From assembly GCA_003635255.1 (NCBI GenBank), contig PYJC01000091.1, positions 992-64,991 on the forward strand: a DNA stretch of 64,000 nucleotides, written 5' to 3'. Position 1 is the first letter of the stretch, and each line of letters starts with the position of its first letter. Positions 8,921-17,442 of this stretch are shown one piece after another. The notes beneath the pieces are model-generated. The model had not been told where the DNA came from and did no database searches. It saw nothing but the letters and a program-made list of their open reading frames with translations. Origin of the DNA: Candidatus Poribacteria bacterium. GTDB lineage: Bacteria > Poribacteria > WGA-4E > WGA-3G. A program made the position numbers and the translations under genes.

Positions 8921-9190
8921 TGTCCTTCAAACCGGATCTGGCGAAGACCTCGGATGGCTTGGAAAAGTTGAAGGTACGAAAGGGATCCTCGAACTTGTCA
9001 AGGGTAGAGAGCTTAAACACAACACGGCTTATGTTATTGTCTGTAGGGTTGCTGATGTCAAGGGCAATGAAGTCGAGCTTAGAATCGTCTTTGTAACCAG
9101 AGAGAAAGCGTAGATTTGACGCTATTTACTCATTCTTCAGGTAACGGAACTTAAGTTGGAGGTTTTGGGTGACCTTACGGGCTGAATGCG

Positions 9191-9868
9191 CTAAATTTTC
9201 CAGACTTCTTGTGTGTAAGCCATCTCCCAAAAGAGGTATTCATAACGGCTACTCTGCAAAAAGTAGTTTTTAATCCGTTCTTTCTCAGAAACACTATACT
9301 CCGCTGCAAGGTCGTTGAGTAAACCGCGTAACCACTCACCTAACGACAGAAATTCGGGAGAGGCGTACATGTCAATCCATTCCTGATAAAGTGGTTCTGG
9401 TGAACCGCCCTGTTCGGCAAGCGTTGTGCCGATTTCGGCGTAGCCCCACTGACAGGGCAGCACACCTGCGACGAGATCCGCCAACGTGCCTGTTTCCGCT
9501 ACATTGAGCAGATGCCGTGTATACGCATGTGTTGTAGGTGCCATCGGCGCAGCTTCCATCTCAGCAGCAGAGATGCCAAATTTTTCACAATATCCACGAT
9601 GCAAATCCATCTCTGTGTTTAGTGTTTCGTTGAGCAATTGCGAAAACATCGCCATCGTCGCTTCATCGTGTGCCTTGATAACGCCATACGCAAACACGCG
9701 ACTATAGTCTAACAAGAACAGATAATCCTGAATCAGGTAGAATTTGAACTTCTCTCTCGGAAGACTTCCATCAGCCATACCACGGACGAACGGGTGTTTA
9801 AGATCTGCTTCCCAAATTGGTGCGGCTGTGCGTCTGAGTTCATCAGTCAATTTCTCATTTTGTGCCAT
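9191..9868 (-). CDS. tenA: TenA/thiaminase II family protein
   Basis: HPFVRGMADGSLPREKFKFYLIQDYLFL, LPCQWGYAEIG and YEYLFWEMAY resemble B. subtilis TenA as recalled. The start is set at MAQNEK (9868); an alternative ATG lies at 9895. Confidence 0.85.
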   Translation of the reverse strand: MAQNEKLTDELRRTAAPIWEADLKHPFVRGMADGSLPREKFKFYLIQDYLFLLDYSRVFAYGVIKAHDEATMAMFSQLLNETLNTEMDLHRGYCEKFGISAAEMEAAPMAPTTHAYTRHLLNVAETGTLADLVAGVLPCQWGYAEIGTTLAEQGGSPEPLYQEWIDMYASPEFLSLGEWLRGLLNDLAAEYSVSEKERIKNYFLQSSRYEYLFWEMAYTQEVWKI

Positions 9869-9894
9869 ACGTCCTATCGAAACTCCTGAAAACA

Positions 9895-9943
9895 TGCTAT
9901 AATATTTGCTGTGTACGATACCATAATCAGAAAAGGATGTCAA
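9895..9943. promoter_or_regulatory. Divergent promoter region between tenA and the 9945 gene
   Basis: Plus strand: TGcTATAAT extended -10 at 9895-9903, 42 nt before ATG 9945. Minus strand: TTGACA (9943-9938), 17 nt, TATCGT (9920-9915) upstream of tenA. Confidence 0.35.
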
Positions 9944-9944
9944 A

Positions 9945-10832
9945 ATGTTTGAAGAACTCGGAATAGTGACCAATATCTGGGCTGAAGAGATAGCAAATGG
10001 TGCGCGCTTTGACGAACTGATGATGGAATTCGGGGCGAACGGGTTCAAGGATATGGAGGTCCGCGAAGGCGATTACCTTCGCAACTCCGAATTCGGGGAA
10101 CTGATTCAAAAACTTGAAGCCGCGATGCCTGCATATACCGATACCGAATTCCGAACTATCTGTGATGCTATCTGGACAGAACAGCCTTATGAATCAAGAC
10201 ACCCCACGCTTTTTGAGGCGCTTGTTGTTTTCGCTAAGAAAGCATCTGGACTCACCTTGAGTTATGCCATGTCCCACCCGTGGCTTTCAGCACCCACCGA
10301 CAGCGAAGCGGATACACAACAGATTATCAAGGCAAAAAAGTTAGCATATCTGCTGTGTCCAAGGCGGGCGAGACTTCGTCTTGTTGATCTTGACACCGAG
10401 GGCGACATTGACGCATCTGCAGCTGTTGCGAACCTAAAACATTACAGTAGGCTTCTACCGAACTATCCGATGATTTTCGCCATAGAGAACGCTCGCCAAA
10501 CTGCCACACTGACGCTGGAGTTAGCAGTCGCAGGCGGTGTGAAACTCACGTACGACGAAACGAACACGTATCGCGCTGACGGAACACCGGTGAATCCACC
10601 GGACGAATTCTGGAGTGCTGTCAAGATGACGGATCTCACGTCGGTACATTTCAAACAAAAAACGGAGGCGGGTGTGCTGTCAGAAGTCTGCGATGGTTTT
10701 GTCAACTTCCGTGCGATTGCGGGACACCTGAAAACGCGGCACTATAAAGGCGATCTGCTCCTCGAAAACACACCGACTGTGCATTCTTTGCAGGATGCGC
10801 TGCGGAGTCGGGAGTATCTGCTGAGTTGCTAA
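9945..10832 (+). CDS. Probable xylose-isomerase-like TIM-barrel protein (sugar phosphate isomerase/epimerase family)
   Basis: 295 aa. The assignment rests on a weak pattern resemblance only (GFKDMEV, IENARQ, LLLENTP strand-end acidic residues). Confidence 0.45.
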   Translation: MFEELGIVTNIWAEEIANGARFDELMMEFGANGFKDMEVREGDYLRNSEFGELIQKLEAAMPAYTDTEFRTICDAIWTEQPYESRHPTLFEALVVFAKKASGLTLSYAMSHPWLSAPTDSEADTQQIIKAKKLAYLLCPRRARLRLVDLDTEGDIDASAAVANLKHYSRLLPNYPMIFAIENARQTATLTLELAVAGGVKLTYDETNTYRADGTPVNPPDEFWSAVKMTDLTSVHFKQKTEAGVLSEVCDGFVNFRAIAGHLKTRHYKGDLLLENTPTVHSLQDALRSREYLLSC

Positions 10833-10889
10833 AATTTGAGCAATCCTCTCCCCTGTCTTTCACATTTCTCTGATGTCCGATGCTTCGTT

Positions 10890-11669
10890 TCACAAGCCAG
10901 CTTTCAAGCGTTCTAATTCCTCTTGGAGTCGGGCAACTTCGGCTTCTGCTTTGTGTCGAGCATTGACTTCCTGATTAGCGCGTATTTCTGCGTCCTCAGC
11001 GCGTATTTCTGCGTCCTCAGCGCGTATTTCTGCATCCTCGGCAGCAGTTTTTAGCCATTCTTGTGCCTCCGGATCGTAAATACCAAAGGTATCATCGAGT
11101 AAATGGAATTCTAAACCGAGTGTCGCAGCCGGAATTCCGCCACTGGCGAGAGGCGGTATTTCAACATACTCGCGTCCAACGAGGCGGAACCCCATCAACG
11201 GTGTTGGTAAATAACGTCTATCCACATCATAGAGGAAGTATTCAGGGATGCCGATCGATGCGTAGAGCTGCACCTTGCCTGTTAGGTCGTTGCGGTAAGT
11301 GCCTTTGCTTGAGAACTCTAAGACGAAGTCGGGCGGTTTCCCTTCTTCCCATATCTTATAGATACGGCGTTCCTTCTTGCCGATGCCGAAGGCAACGAAA
11401 ATATCAGGTGATATAGATTTACGGGGATTCCCCTCTTCGTAATACATCATCATATCCCCGAGTACATAAACATCGGGAAGGTATGCGAAATGGTTTTCGA
11501 TGCGATTAAAAGTCTTTAGGAGTTCTCTAAAATGGCGTTCGGTTTCAGCCATAGGTTTTCCATCCGATTCAGGATATAGGTCCGCTGTTTCTGTAGGTGC
11601 GGAAGGGAGTGGGAAAGTGTTTGAATGTCCCATAAGTCTAACTCCTTTTCCGTGATTTCTTCGAGTCAA
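10890..11669 (-). CDS. Uma2-family (DUF820) PD-(D/E)XK endonuclease with a C-terminal repeat/coiled-coil tail
   Basis: YPESDGKPMAETERH, PDIFVAFG, PPDFVLEFSS and IPEYFLYD are characteristic Uma2 blocks. The C-terminus carries AEDAEIR x3. Confidence 0.85.
   Translation of the reverse strand: MTRRNHGKGVRLMGHSNTFPLPSAPTETADLYPESDGKPMAETERHFRELLKTFNRIENHFAYLPDVYVLGDMMMYYEEGNPRKSISPDIFVAFGIGKKERRIYKIWEEGKPPDFVLEFSSKGTYRNDLTGKVQLYASIGIPEYFLYDVDRRYLPTPLMGFRLVGREYVEIPPLASGGIPAATLGLEFHLLDDTFGIYDPEAQEWLKTAAEDAEIRAEDAEIRAEDAEIRANQEVNARHKAEAEVARLQEELERLKAGL
10978..11040. repeat. 3 x 21-bp perfect or near-perfect tandem repeat inside the Uma2 gene
   Basis: GCGCGTATTTCTGCGTCCTCA at 10978-10998 and 10999-11019; the third copy at 11020-11040 has 2 substitutions. 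It encodes the (AEDAEIR)3 repeat. Confidence 0.95.
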
Positions 11670-11677
11670 AGTTAGCC

Positions 11678-12520
11678 CTAAAAGGGTGTCTTGTTTGATT
11701 GCGCGGCTTCTGTTTTCGGTTCTTCAGAAGGCGTGGACGGTTTATCTTCAGATTCTTCGGTGGTTGGAACGTCACTCTCTTGGGCAGCTGCTGTTAATTG
11801 TTTGATGCGTTCGCAGAGATCATTGAGGAGCTGCGGTGTTGTCTCCGCTGCTTTGAGTTCCGCTGACAATTGCGTCCATTGCATCTCATTTATGTCGTTT
11901 CGGGATTCCACACCACATTTGCGTTTCATGTAATTCCAGAGGTCCGCTTTCGTGATACCTTTTTCCTCAAGAGAGTCTGAGAGATTAGCCGCAATTGCAA
12001 AAGTGGCCTTCTGCGCTTGTGCGATATTTCCACCACCTTGTGGTATCTGTTGCTGTCTTGAATTCCCACTTCCCGCTTTTCGATGTAAATAGAAGTTGAG
12101 GACCTCACGGATGACTGGCACAGGTATCAGCTGCTTAATTGCATTCCGTTGTGCTTTATGAATCGCTTTGGTGAATGCAAATGGATCGGAGCGTCCACCA
12201 CTCATCTTCGGTTGCTCATAGGCACCATAGCGCGATGACCCTGTGATTGTGTCAACAGCCTTCGCAGTTGCAATCCAAGAGTTCTCAAGTTCCTCATACT
12301 CAATCTCTTCAACTTGAATACCGCCGCGCCGGTTAGCGGCTTCGTTAATACCGGCTAAGGTCAACCCTTCAACAGTGCGTCCACCCTGTTTAAAGGAATA
12401 GACATAATCCTGAATCGTCTGTCCAGTCATTAACTCGATAATCGCTTGGTCATCTACCTGATCGACGACTTCATATTCAGCGGTAACCGGTACCATTTCT
12501 TCTTTTTTTTCTTCAGCCAT
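11678..12520 (-). CDS. Hypothetical protein; possible Rad52/Sak-like single-strand annealing protein with an acidic disordered tail
   Basis: 280 aa with a GGAGG RBS upstream. GGRTVEGLTLAGINEAANRRGG ... SSRYGAYEQP ... FTKAIHKAQRNAIKQLI parallels human RAD52 blocks [21 protein letters not shown] ... EDVGYG ... KARKEAVTDGLKRAL (recalled, not searched). It ends 8 nt before the Uma2 start. Confidence 0.55.
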   Translation of the reverse strand: MAEEKKEEMVPVTAEYEVVDQVDDQAIIELMTGQTIQDYVYSFKQGGRTVEGLTLAGINEAANRRGGIQVEEIEYEELENSWIATAKAVDTITGSSRYGAYEQPKMSGGRSDPFAFTKAIHKAQRNAIKQLIPVPVIREVLNFYLHRKAGSGNSRQQQIPQGGGNIAQAQKATFAIAANLSDSLEEKGITKADLWNYMKRKCGVESRNDINEMQWTQLSAELKAAETTPQLLNDLCERIKQLTAAAQESDVPTTEESEDKPSTPSEEPKTEAAQSNKTPF

Positions 12521-12636
12521 AATGTCCTCCGAGATTAAGAATTGGTGCTACATTTAGATGGACGTTATGCACTATGCGGTCCATCCTATCATACCATTTT
12601 ATACCCGATTTTTCAAGGATTGTTATCTATACAAAG

Positions 12637-12667
12637 CGGTTATCAGTTATCGGTTATCAGTAGTCAG
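12637..12667 (-). repeat. Heptamer array (sense CTGACTA CTGATAA CCGATAA CTGATAA) in the leader region of the 12520 gene
   Basis: The plus strand reads CGGTTAT CAGTTAT CGGTTAT CAGTAGT CAG. Confidence 0.7.
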
Positions 12668-12927
12668 CAAAACGCGCTTGTCCTGCTGTAAAAAATAATT
12701 AAGTGGAATATGTAACTTTTTACTGACAGGCGTTCAACCCAATCTATATTCCTAATTCAAATTTACATTACATATAATAACATATATAATGTAATAATTC
12801 AAATTTATTTTTTATTTTTATCAGTCAGAAGAGTTGAATGGCTCTGTCTATCTACACGAAAAACTTGATTTACATTGCCACTGCTGCTACAATAACAATA
12901 AATTGAGTTGCGGAGTGTTGATGAACA

Positions 12928-14475
12928 ATGACGGCACCACTTCTCCAGATGCAGGCAATCACCAAAGACTTCCCCGGCGTACGCGCCTTGAATAATGCCT
13001 CTTTTGAGGTGCACTCCGGCGAAATCCATGCGCTCTGTGGCGAAAACGGTGCTGGCAAATCGACGTTGATTAAGATTCTCGGTGGTGTTTACCCGGACGG
13101 CACCTACAGCGGCAAGATACAGATCAACGGCAGCGAGCATCAGTTCCACTCTGTTCGTGATGCAGAACGCGCCGGGATTGCTATAATCCATCAGGAATTA
13201 GCACTCATCCCGGAGATGACAGTCGCAGAGAATATCTATCTCGGTAAGGAGCCGCGACGGTTCGGAGTCATTGATGGGCATCGCCTCTATCACGAGGCAG
13301 GTGAACTCCTGTCGCAGTTTGAATTGACTATCCCGCTACACAAACCTATCTATGAACTCGGTATTGGACAGCAGCAACTTGTAGAAATTGCGAAGGCTTT
13401 GGGACGTAGTTTACAATCTGGTAACGCGCTGTTGCTTGTGCTTGACGAACCGACAGCCGCCTTGACTGAAAGCGAAGTGGACATTCTCCGTCAGATTCTG
13501 ACGCAACTCCGAAAAAAGGGTGTTGCTTGTATCTATATCACCCACAAACTCAAGGAGATCTTTCAAGTCGCTGACCGAGTGACAGTCCTACGAGACGGCG
13601 AAACGGTAGCGACACACGCTATTAAATCCGCTGCATGCACCGAAGATGTGTTAATCTCGCAAATGGTGGGTAGGGAATTAACGGCACTGTTTCCAGAACG
13701 TCGGATTGAAAACGGTTCAAACCGATCGGAAGTTGCACTACGGGTTGAAAATTTAAGCACCTATCCATCAGAACCTCCGCGGCTTGAAAACGTCAGTTTC
13801 GAGGTGCGAGGCGGGGAAATCCTCGGCATCGCAGGTCTGATGGGGGCAGGCAGAACGGAATTGATTAGCACCATCTTTGGTGCTAATAGCGGTAAATGGA
13901 GTGGCGAAGTATTCATAGCGGGTCAACCGCTCCAGATTCATTCTCCGCATGAGGCGATACAGCAAGGGATAGCACTCGTCAGCGAAGATCGGAAACGCTA
14001 TGGACTCCTTTTAGATGCAGATGTTACCCGCAATATGACACTGCCGAGCCTTGATTTATCGGCGGACCTCGCAACTCGTGGCATAATTAACCACAACGCT
14101 GCGGCGGAAAAAAGTGGCCACTATGTCGATTCACTTCAGATTAAGACGACTTCGCTTGAAATCCCTGTGAACCACCTCAGCGGCGGCAATCAACAGAAAG
14201 TCGTTTTAGGCAAATGGTTGATGACGCATCCGAAGGTTCTATTCCTTGATGAGCCGACCCGCGGTATTGATGTCGGTGCAAAAGCAGAAATTCACGCCCT
14301 GATGGCGAAACTCGCGGAAGAGGGTGTTGCGATCGTGTTTGTATCCTCCGAACTGCCGGAGATATTGGGCATGAGCGACCGAGTTTTGGTGTTACACGAA
14401 GGCAAAATCACGGGTGAATTTGTCAATGATAATCTAACACAAGAGGAGATTTTGCGGTGTGCAGCTGGGGCATGA
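12928..14475 (+). CDS. Sugar ABC transporter ATP-binding protein with duplicated ABC domains (RbsA/MglA/XylG type)
   Basis: 515 aa. GENGAGKST Walker A, two LSGG-type signatures (IGQQQ / LSGGNQQK), and LVLDEPT / LFLDEPT Walker B. No permease or binding-protein gene is adjacent. Confidence 0.9.
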   Translation: MTAPLLQMQAITKDFPGVRALNNASFEVHSGEIHALCGENGAGKSTLIKILGGVYPDGTYSGKIQINGSEHQFHSVRDAERAGIAIIHQELALIPEMTVAENIYLGKEPRRFGVIDGHRLYHEAGELLSQFELTIPLHKPIYELGIGQQQLVEIAKALGRSLQSGNALLLVLDEPTAALTESEVDILRQILTQLRKKGVACIYITHKLKEIFQVADRVTVLRDGETVATHAIKSAACTEDVLISQMVGRELTALFPERRIENGSNRSEVALRVENLSTYPSEPPRLENVSFEVRGGEILGIAGLMGAGRTELISTIFGANSGKWSGEVFIAGQPLQIHSPHEAIQQGIALVSEDRKRYGLLLDADVTRNMTLPSLDLSADLATRGIINHNAAAEKSGHYVDSLQIKTTSLEIPVNHLSGGNQQKVVLGKWLMTHPKVLFLDEPTRGIDVGAKAEIHALMAKLAEEGVAIVFVSSELPEILGMSDRVLVLHEGKITGEFVNDNLTQEEILRCAAGA

Positions 14476-15011
14476 GAGTTGTCCAGTCCCAATCTGAAAA
14501 GAAACAGATGGAAAATAGAAACGAAAGCTTTAAAACAGAAAATCCGGAAGATACGCAGGCGCTCGGCGAAAAACTCGGTAAAACGCTTAAACAGGGAGAT
14601 GTTATTGCACTTATTGGTGATCTCGGTACTGGTAAAACCTGCTTAACACAAGGGATCGCTCGCGGTGTAGGTATCGCATCTGGTGAGGTCGTCAACAGCC
14701 CTTCATATATTCTGATCAACGAATATAACGGGACGGTGCCGATCTATCACATTGATCTGTATCGGCTCGAAAACAGCGAGGAGATTGCGGAACTCGGACT
14801 CAGCGAATATGTGGAAGGCGACGGGATTTGCATTATTGAATGGGCAGAACGGATGGCGGATGCGCTGCCCGATACTTGCATAAAAATCCACATAACGCTT
14901 GCAGGCGCGAACACCTTACATAGCGATGGTGAAGTTTCCGAATCAATATTAGATAGTCCTGAAGATGAAAACATCCGACACATCGAAATCCAATATCCTA
15001 TATCTCGATAG
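14472..15011 (+). CDS. tsaE: tRNA t6A37 biosynthesis ATPase TsaE (YjeE)
   Basis: GDLGTGKTCLTQGIARG, SPSYILINEY, HIDLYRL and IIEWAE motifs. The start is uncertain: ATG 14472 overlaps the ABC stop (ATGA), and ATG 14508 is an alternative. Confidence 0.8.
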   Translation: MRVVQSQSEKKQMENRNESFKTENPEDTQALGEKLGKTLKQGDVIALIGDLGTGKTCLTQGIARGVGIASGEVVNSPSYILINEYNGTVPIYHIDLYRLENSEEIAELGLSEYVEGDGICIIEWAERMADALPDTCIKIHITLAGANTLHSDGEVSESILDSPEDENIRHIEIQYPISR

Positions 15012-16143
15012 CGGTTCAGGCATTGGCGGCGGACAACGGAGTCTTCTGCTTCTGTTAGACCTATTAGACAAGGCGCGTTTTAGACCTTTTGTCGGATGTC
15101 TCGGCGATAGTTCGTTCGCAGCGGAGGTTGAAAAGACAGCGGCGCGTGTTATCCCCCTATCTCTTCCGGCTGCACATAACAAAACCGATAAAGTGAAGCG
15201 GTTCACCCTACGCGACTTGCTTGAAGATTTTCGACAACTTCGGGTCATCGTTGAACTCCATCGGGCTGTGAAGAGACATGCGATTGATCTCATCCATGCG
15301 AACTCACTTTCGGTAGCACTCCTTGGCGGGATTGTTGCAAGGATAAATCGAATCCCTATTCTGATGCACAAACGCTATGCGACCTCTTATGGGGTTCTGG
15401 ACAGATTTTGCGAGAAACTCTTACATCGTGTGATTCTGGTGTCCGAGGCAACGCGGTGGGATTTCGCACCCGTGGAAAAGCAAACACTTATTTATAACGG
15501 TGTGAATTTAGGCGCATTTCAAGCATCTCCTGAAGAGATAGAAACACTCCGAACAGAACTCTTTTCCGATGATGAGCCTGACCCTGCAGTGCTTGTTGGT
15601 GTCGTCACCCGCATTACACCGGAGAAAGGTATTCATGTCTTAGTCAGCGCAATACGCGAATTGAAAGGAAAGGCAAACGTAAAACTGTTGATCGTAGGCG
15701 GTCCTTACTTTGAAAAAGATGTTGCGTATATGGATACACTCAAACAGGAGGTTGCAGACTTAGGCATTGAAGATTCTGTTATCTTCACCGGATTTTTGTC
15801 GGATACGCGTATCGTAACAAGTTTGCTTGATATTGTGCTGGTGCCGTCAATTATTCCAGAGGCATGTCCGCGCACCATCATTGAGGCGATGGCGGTCGGT
15901 AAACCGGTGATTGCAACGCCGCTCGGTGGCAGCAAAGAACTTGTCACACCCGAAACGGGTATTTTAGTGCCACCTGAAGATGCCTTGGCGGTTGCTGATG
16001 CTATCACAACGCTTGCAGCCGATCAAGAACGATTGACGGCAATGGGAGATGCCGCCCGTGATCGCGCTGTGCAGCTATTTAGCAGTGAAAAGAATACCGC
16101 TTTGACGGAGGCTGTCTACGCTGACCTGTTAGCAGCATCTTGA
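14965..16143 (+). CDS. GT4-family (GT-B) glycosyltransferase
   Basis: 392 aa. C-terminal EACPRTIIEAMAVGKPVIATPLGGSKELV motif (the E-x7-E region of GT4). Confidence 0.85.
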   Translation: MKTSDTSKSNILYLDSGSGIGGGQRSLLLLLDLLDKARFRPFVGCLGDSSFAAEVEKTAARVIPLSLPAAHNKTDKVKRFTLRDLLEDFRQLRVIVELHRAVKRHAIDLIHANSLSVALLGGIVARINRIPILMHKRYATSYGVLDRFCEKLLHRVILVSEATRWDFAPVEKQTLIYNGVNLGAFQASPEEIETLRTELFSDDEPDPAVLVGVVTRITPEKGIHVLVSAIRELKGKANVKLLIVGGPYFEKDVAYMDTLKQEVADLGIEDSVIFTGFLSDTRIVTSLLDIVLVPSIIPEACPRTIIEAMAVGKPVIATPLGGSKELVTPETGILVPPEDALAVADAITTLAADQERLTAMGDAARDRAVQLFSSEKNTALTEAVYADLLAAS

Positions 16144-16157
16144 ATAGAGGAGTTATT

Positions 16158-17177
16158 ATGAGAGAAAAAACGGTTAGTCCATCGCAGGGAGCCCAAGCGA
16201 GCGAAGGGCAAGTCAGACAGGTATCCCAATTGTTCGGTGAAGCCATCGGCGATACCCGTGAGTGGGTAGAAATCCACCGTACCAGCGATGAATGGGAAGC
16301 GAACCTGATTCAAACGACTTTGAACGCACAACAGATCCAATGCCGTCCCATTGAATTAAAAGAAGAGAGCCAGACAGCACTCCTTGTGGATCCTGAGCAT
16401 GAAGTGGCAGCGATGGAACTGGTCAGTCGTATCGGCGTGGCTGTCACAGATAACGAAATGGCAGCGCAATCCGAAGAGAGGGCAAAGGCACTCAAACAAC
16501 GCGATATGGCTATCGTTCAAGATGACGCAACTGCGGTGTCTGATCCGGGAGACTCGTCGGAACTTATAATGGCGGAACGTGAAGGTATCGGTAGCGTCGT
16601 CTATGTCGCAGGACAAGGATATGAAATTCGTGTCGGTCCCGAACCGTATGTTAGCGTCCCAGAAAGCGATTGGGAAGAGTTCACGGATTTCAGTGCGCAA
16701 CGTCAGGAGTTTGTGATTCTGCTCCGTCACGAATATCCTGACCTGTTCGAGTGGATTCAGGAGGAGAAACTCCTTGCGGAATTTATCCGTCTCATCGAGA
16801 TGACGTATCAAGAGGGTGCGCCTACCGTCGTTTCCCACAGACACAGTGATGCTGCTGATGCCGAAGAATTGGATACGACCCCTTATCATCCGCTTGCGCA
16901 ATTGAGCCTGACTGTCGCAGTGGTTTCGCTCATCGCCGTGCTTTTTCAAGTGCCTTGGTTTGTGAACCTCGTATTAGCAGTCGTTGCTGTAGCATCTGCA
17001 GTTGCTGCGAAATATCAGATCGATGCGAGTGAAGGGGAATCGACAGGTATCCCGATGGCACTGAGTGCGATTGTGCTTGCGTGTCTTGTCGTTGTGTTTG
17101 CGTGGTGGCTGGAGCAGCGTCCGGAACCTGTAGGACCAGCGAATCCACCTGCCCGCGAGATGATTGACGATCGGTAG
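16158..17177 (+). CDS. Hypothetical membrane protein (possible DUF2007-like N-terminal domain plus C-terminal TM helices)
   Basis: GAGGAG RBS 6 nt before ATG 16158. Hydrophobic C-terminal stretches LSLTVAVVSLIAVLF, VNLVLAVVAVASAVAA and LSAIVLACLVVVFAWW. Confidence 0.6.
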   Translation: MREKTVSPSQGAQASEGQVRQVSQLFGEAIGDTREWVEIHRTSDEWEANLIQTTLNAQQIQCRPIELKEESQTALLVDPEHEVAAMELVSRIGVAVTDNEMAAQSEERAKALKQRDMAIVQDDATAVSDPGDSSELIMAEREGIGSVVYVAGQGYEIRVGPEPYVSVPESDWEEFTDFSAQRQEFVILLRHEYPDLFEWIQEEKLLAEFIRLIEMTYQEGAPTVVSHRHSDAADAEELDTTPYHPLAQLSLTVAVVSLIAVLFQVPWFVNLVLAVVAVASAVAAKYQIDASEGESTGIPMALSAIVLACLVVVFAWWLEQRPEPVGPANPPAREMIDDR

Positions 17178-17334
17178 AGACAAGCCTGCTCCGGCTCGGC
17201 TTATATTCAATCGAACGGAAGGAGACCCAGAACAACACCCAAAACGTATACTTTTATTCTGTAGGAGCAACATGTCTACAACAGCCATTCCACCTAACGT
17301 TTCTGCTCCATAAATGCCGTGTTTGAAGTGCTAC

Positions 17335-17406
17335 ACATAGCACTCCGCTGGAGTGCGAGAATTTGGGGCATTGAGTTTCTATAGACATAGCACTCCGCTG
17401 GAGTGT
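17335..17406 (+). repeat. Two copies of a 21-nt unit, each containing a 7-bp hairpin, at a 50-bp period
   Basis: ACATAGCACTCCGCTGGAGTG occurs at 17335-17355 and 17385-17405. Each contains GCACTCC-GCT-GGAGTGC (hairpins at 17340-17356 and 17390-17406). Confidence 0.85.
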
Positions 17407-17442
17407 GGGAACTCATTTTCTTGGAATCTGTGGAAGGCAGTT

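Noticed and set aside
9869-9944. TPP riboswitch upstream of tenA
   Set aside because: Only 76 nt are available, and neither the CUGAGA nor the ACCUGAUCUGGAUAAUGCCAGC-type conserved segments are present. The region is explained by divergent promoters.
12751-12810. AT-rich imperfect palindrome/direct repeat (ATTCAAATTTA x2 flanking ACATTACATATAATAACATATATAATGTAAT)
   Set aside because: It is probably ordinary promoter/operator DNA in the divergent region between the 12520 and 12928 genes. It is too degenerate to call a specific site.
17335-17406. Possible mini CRISPR array (two palindromic repeats, 29-nt spacer)
   Set aside because: There are only two repeats and the unit is only 21 nt. There are no cas genes in the window, and the second copy runs into the leader of the next gene. 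It is treated as a REP/operator-like repeat instead.
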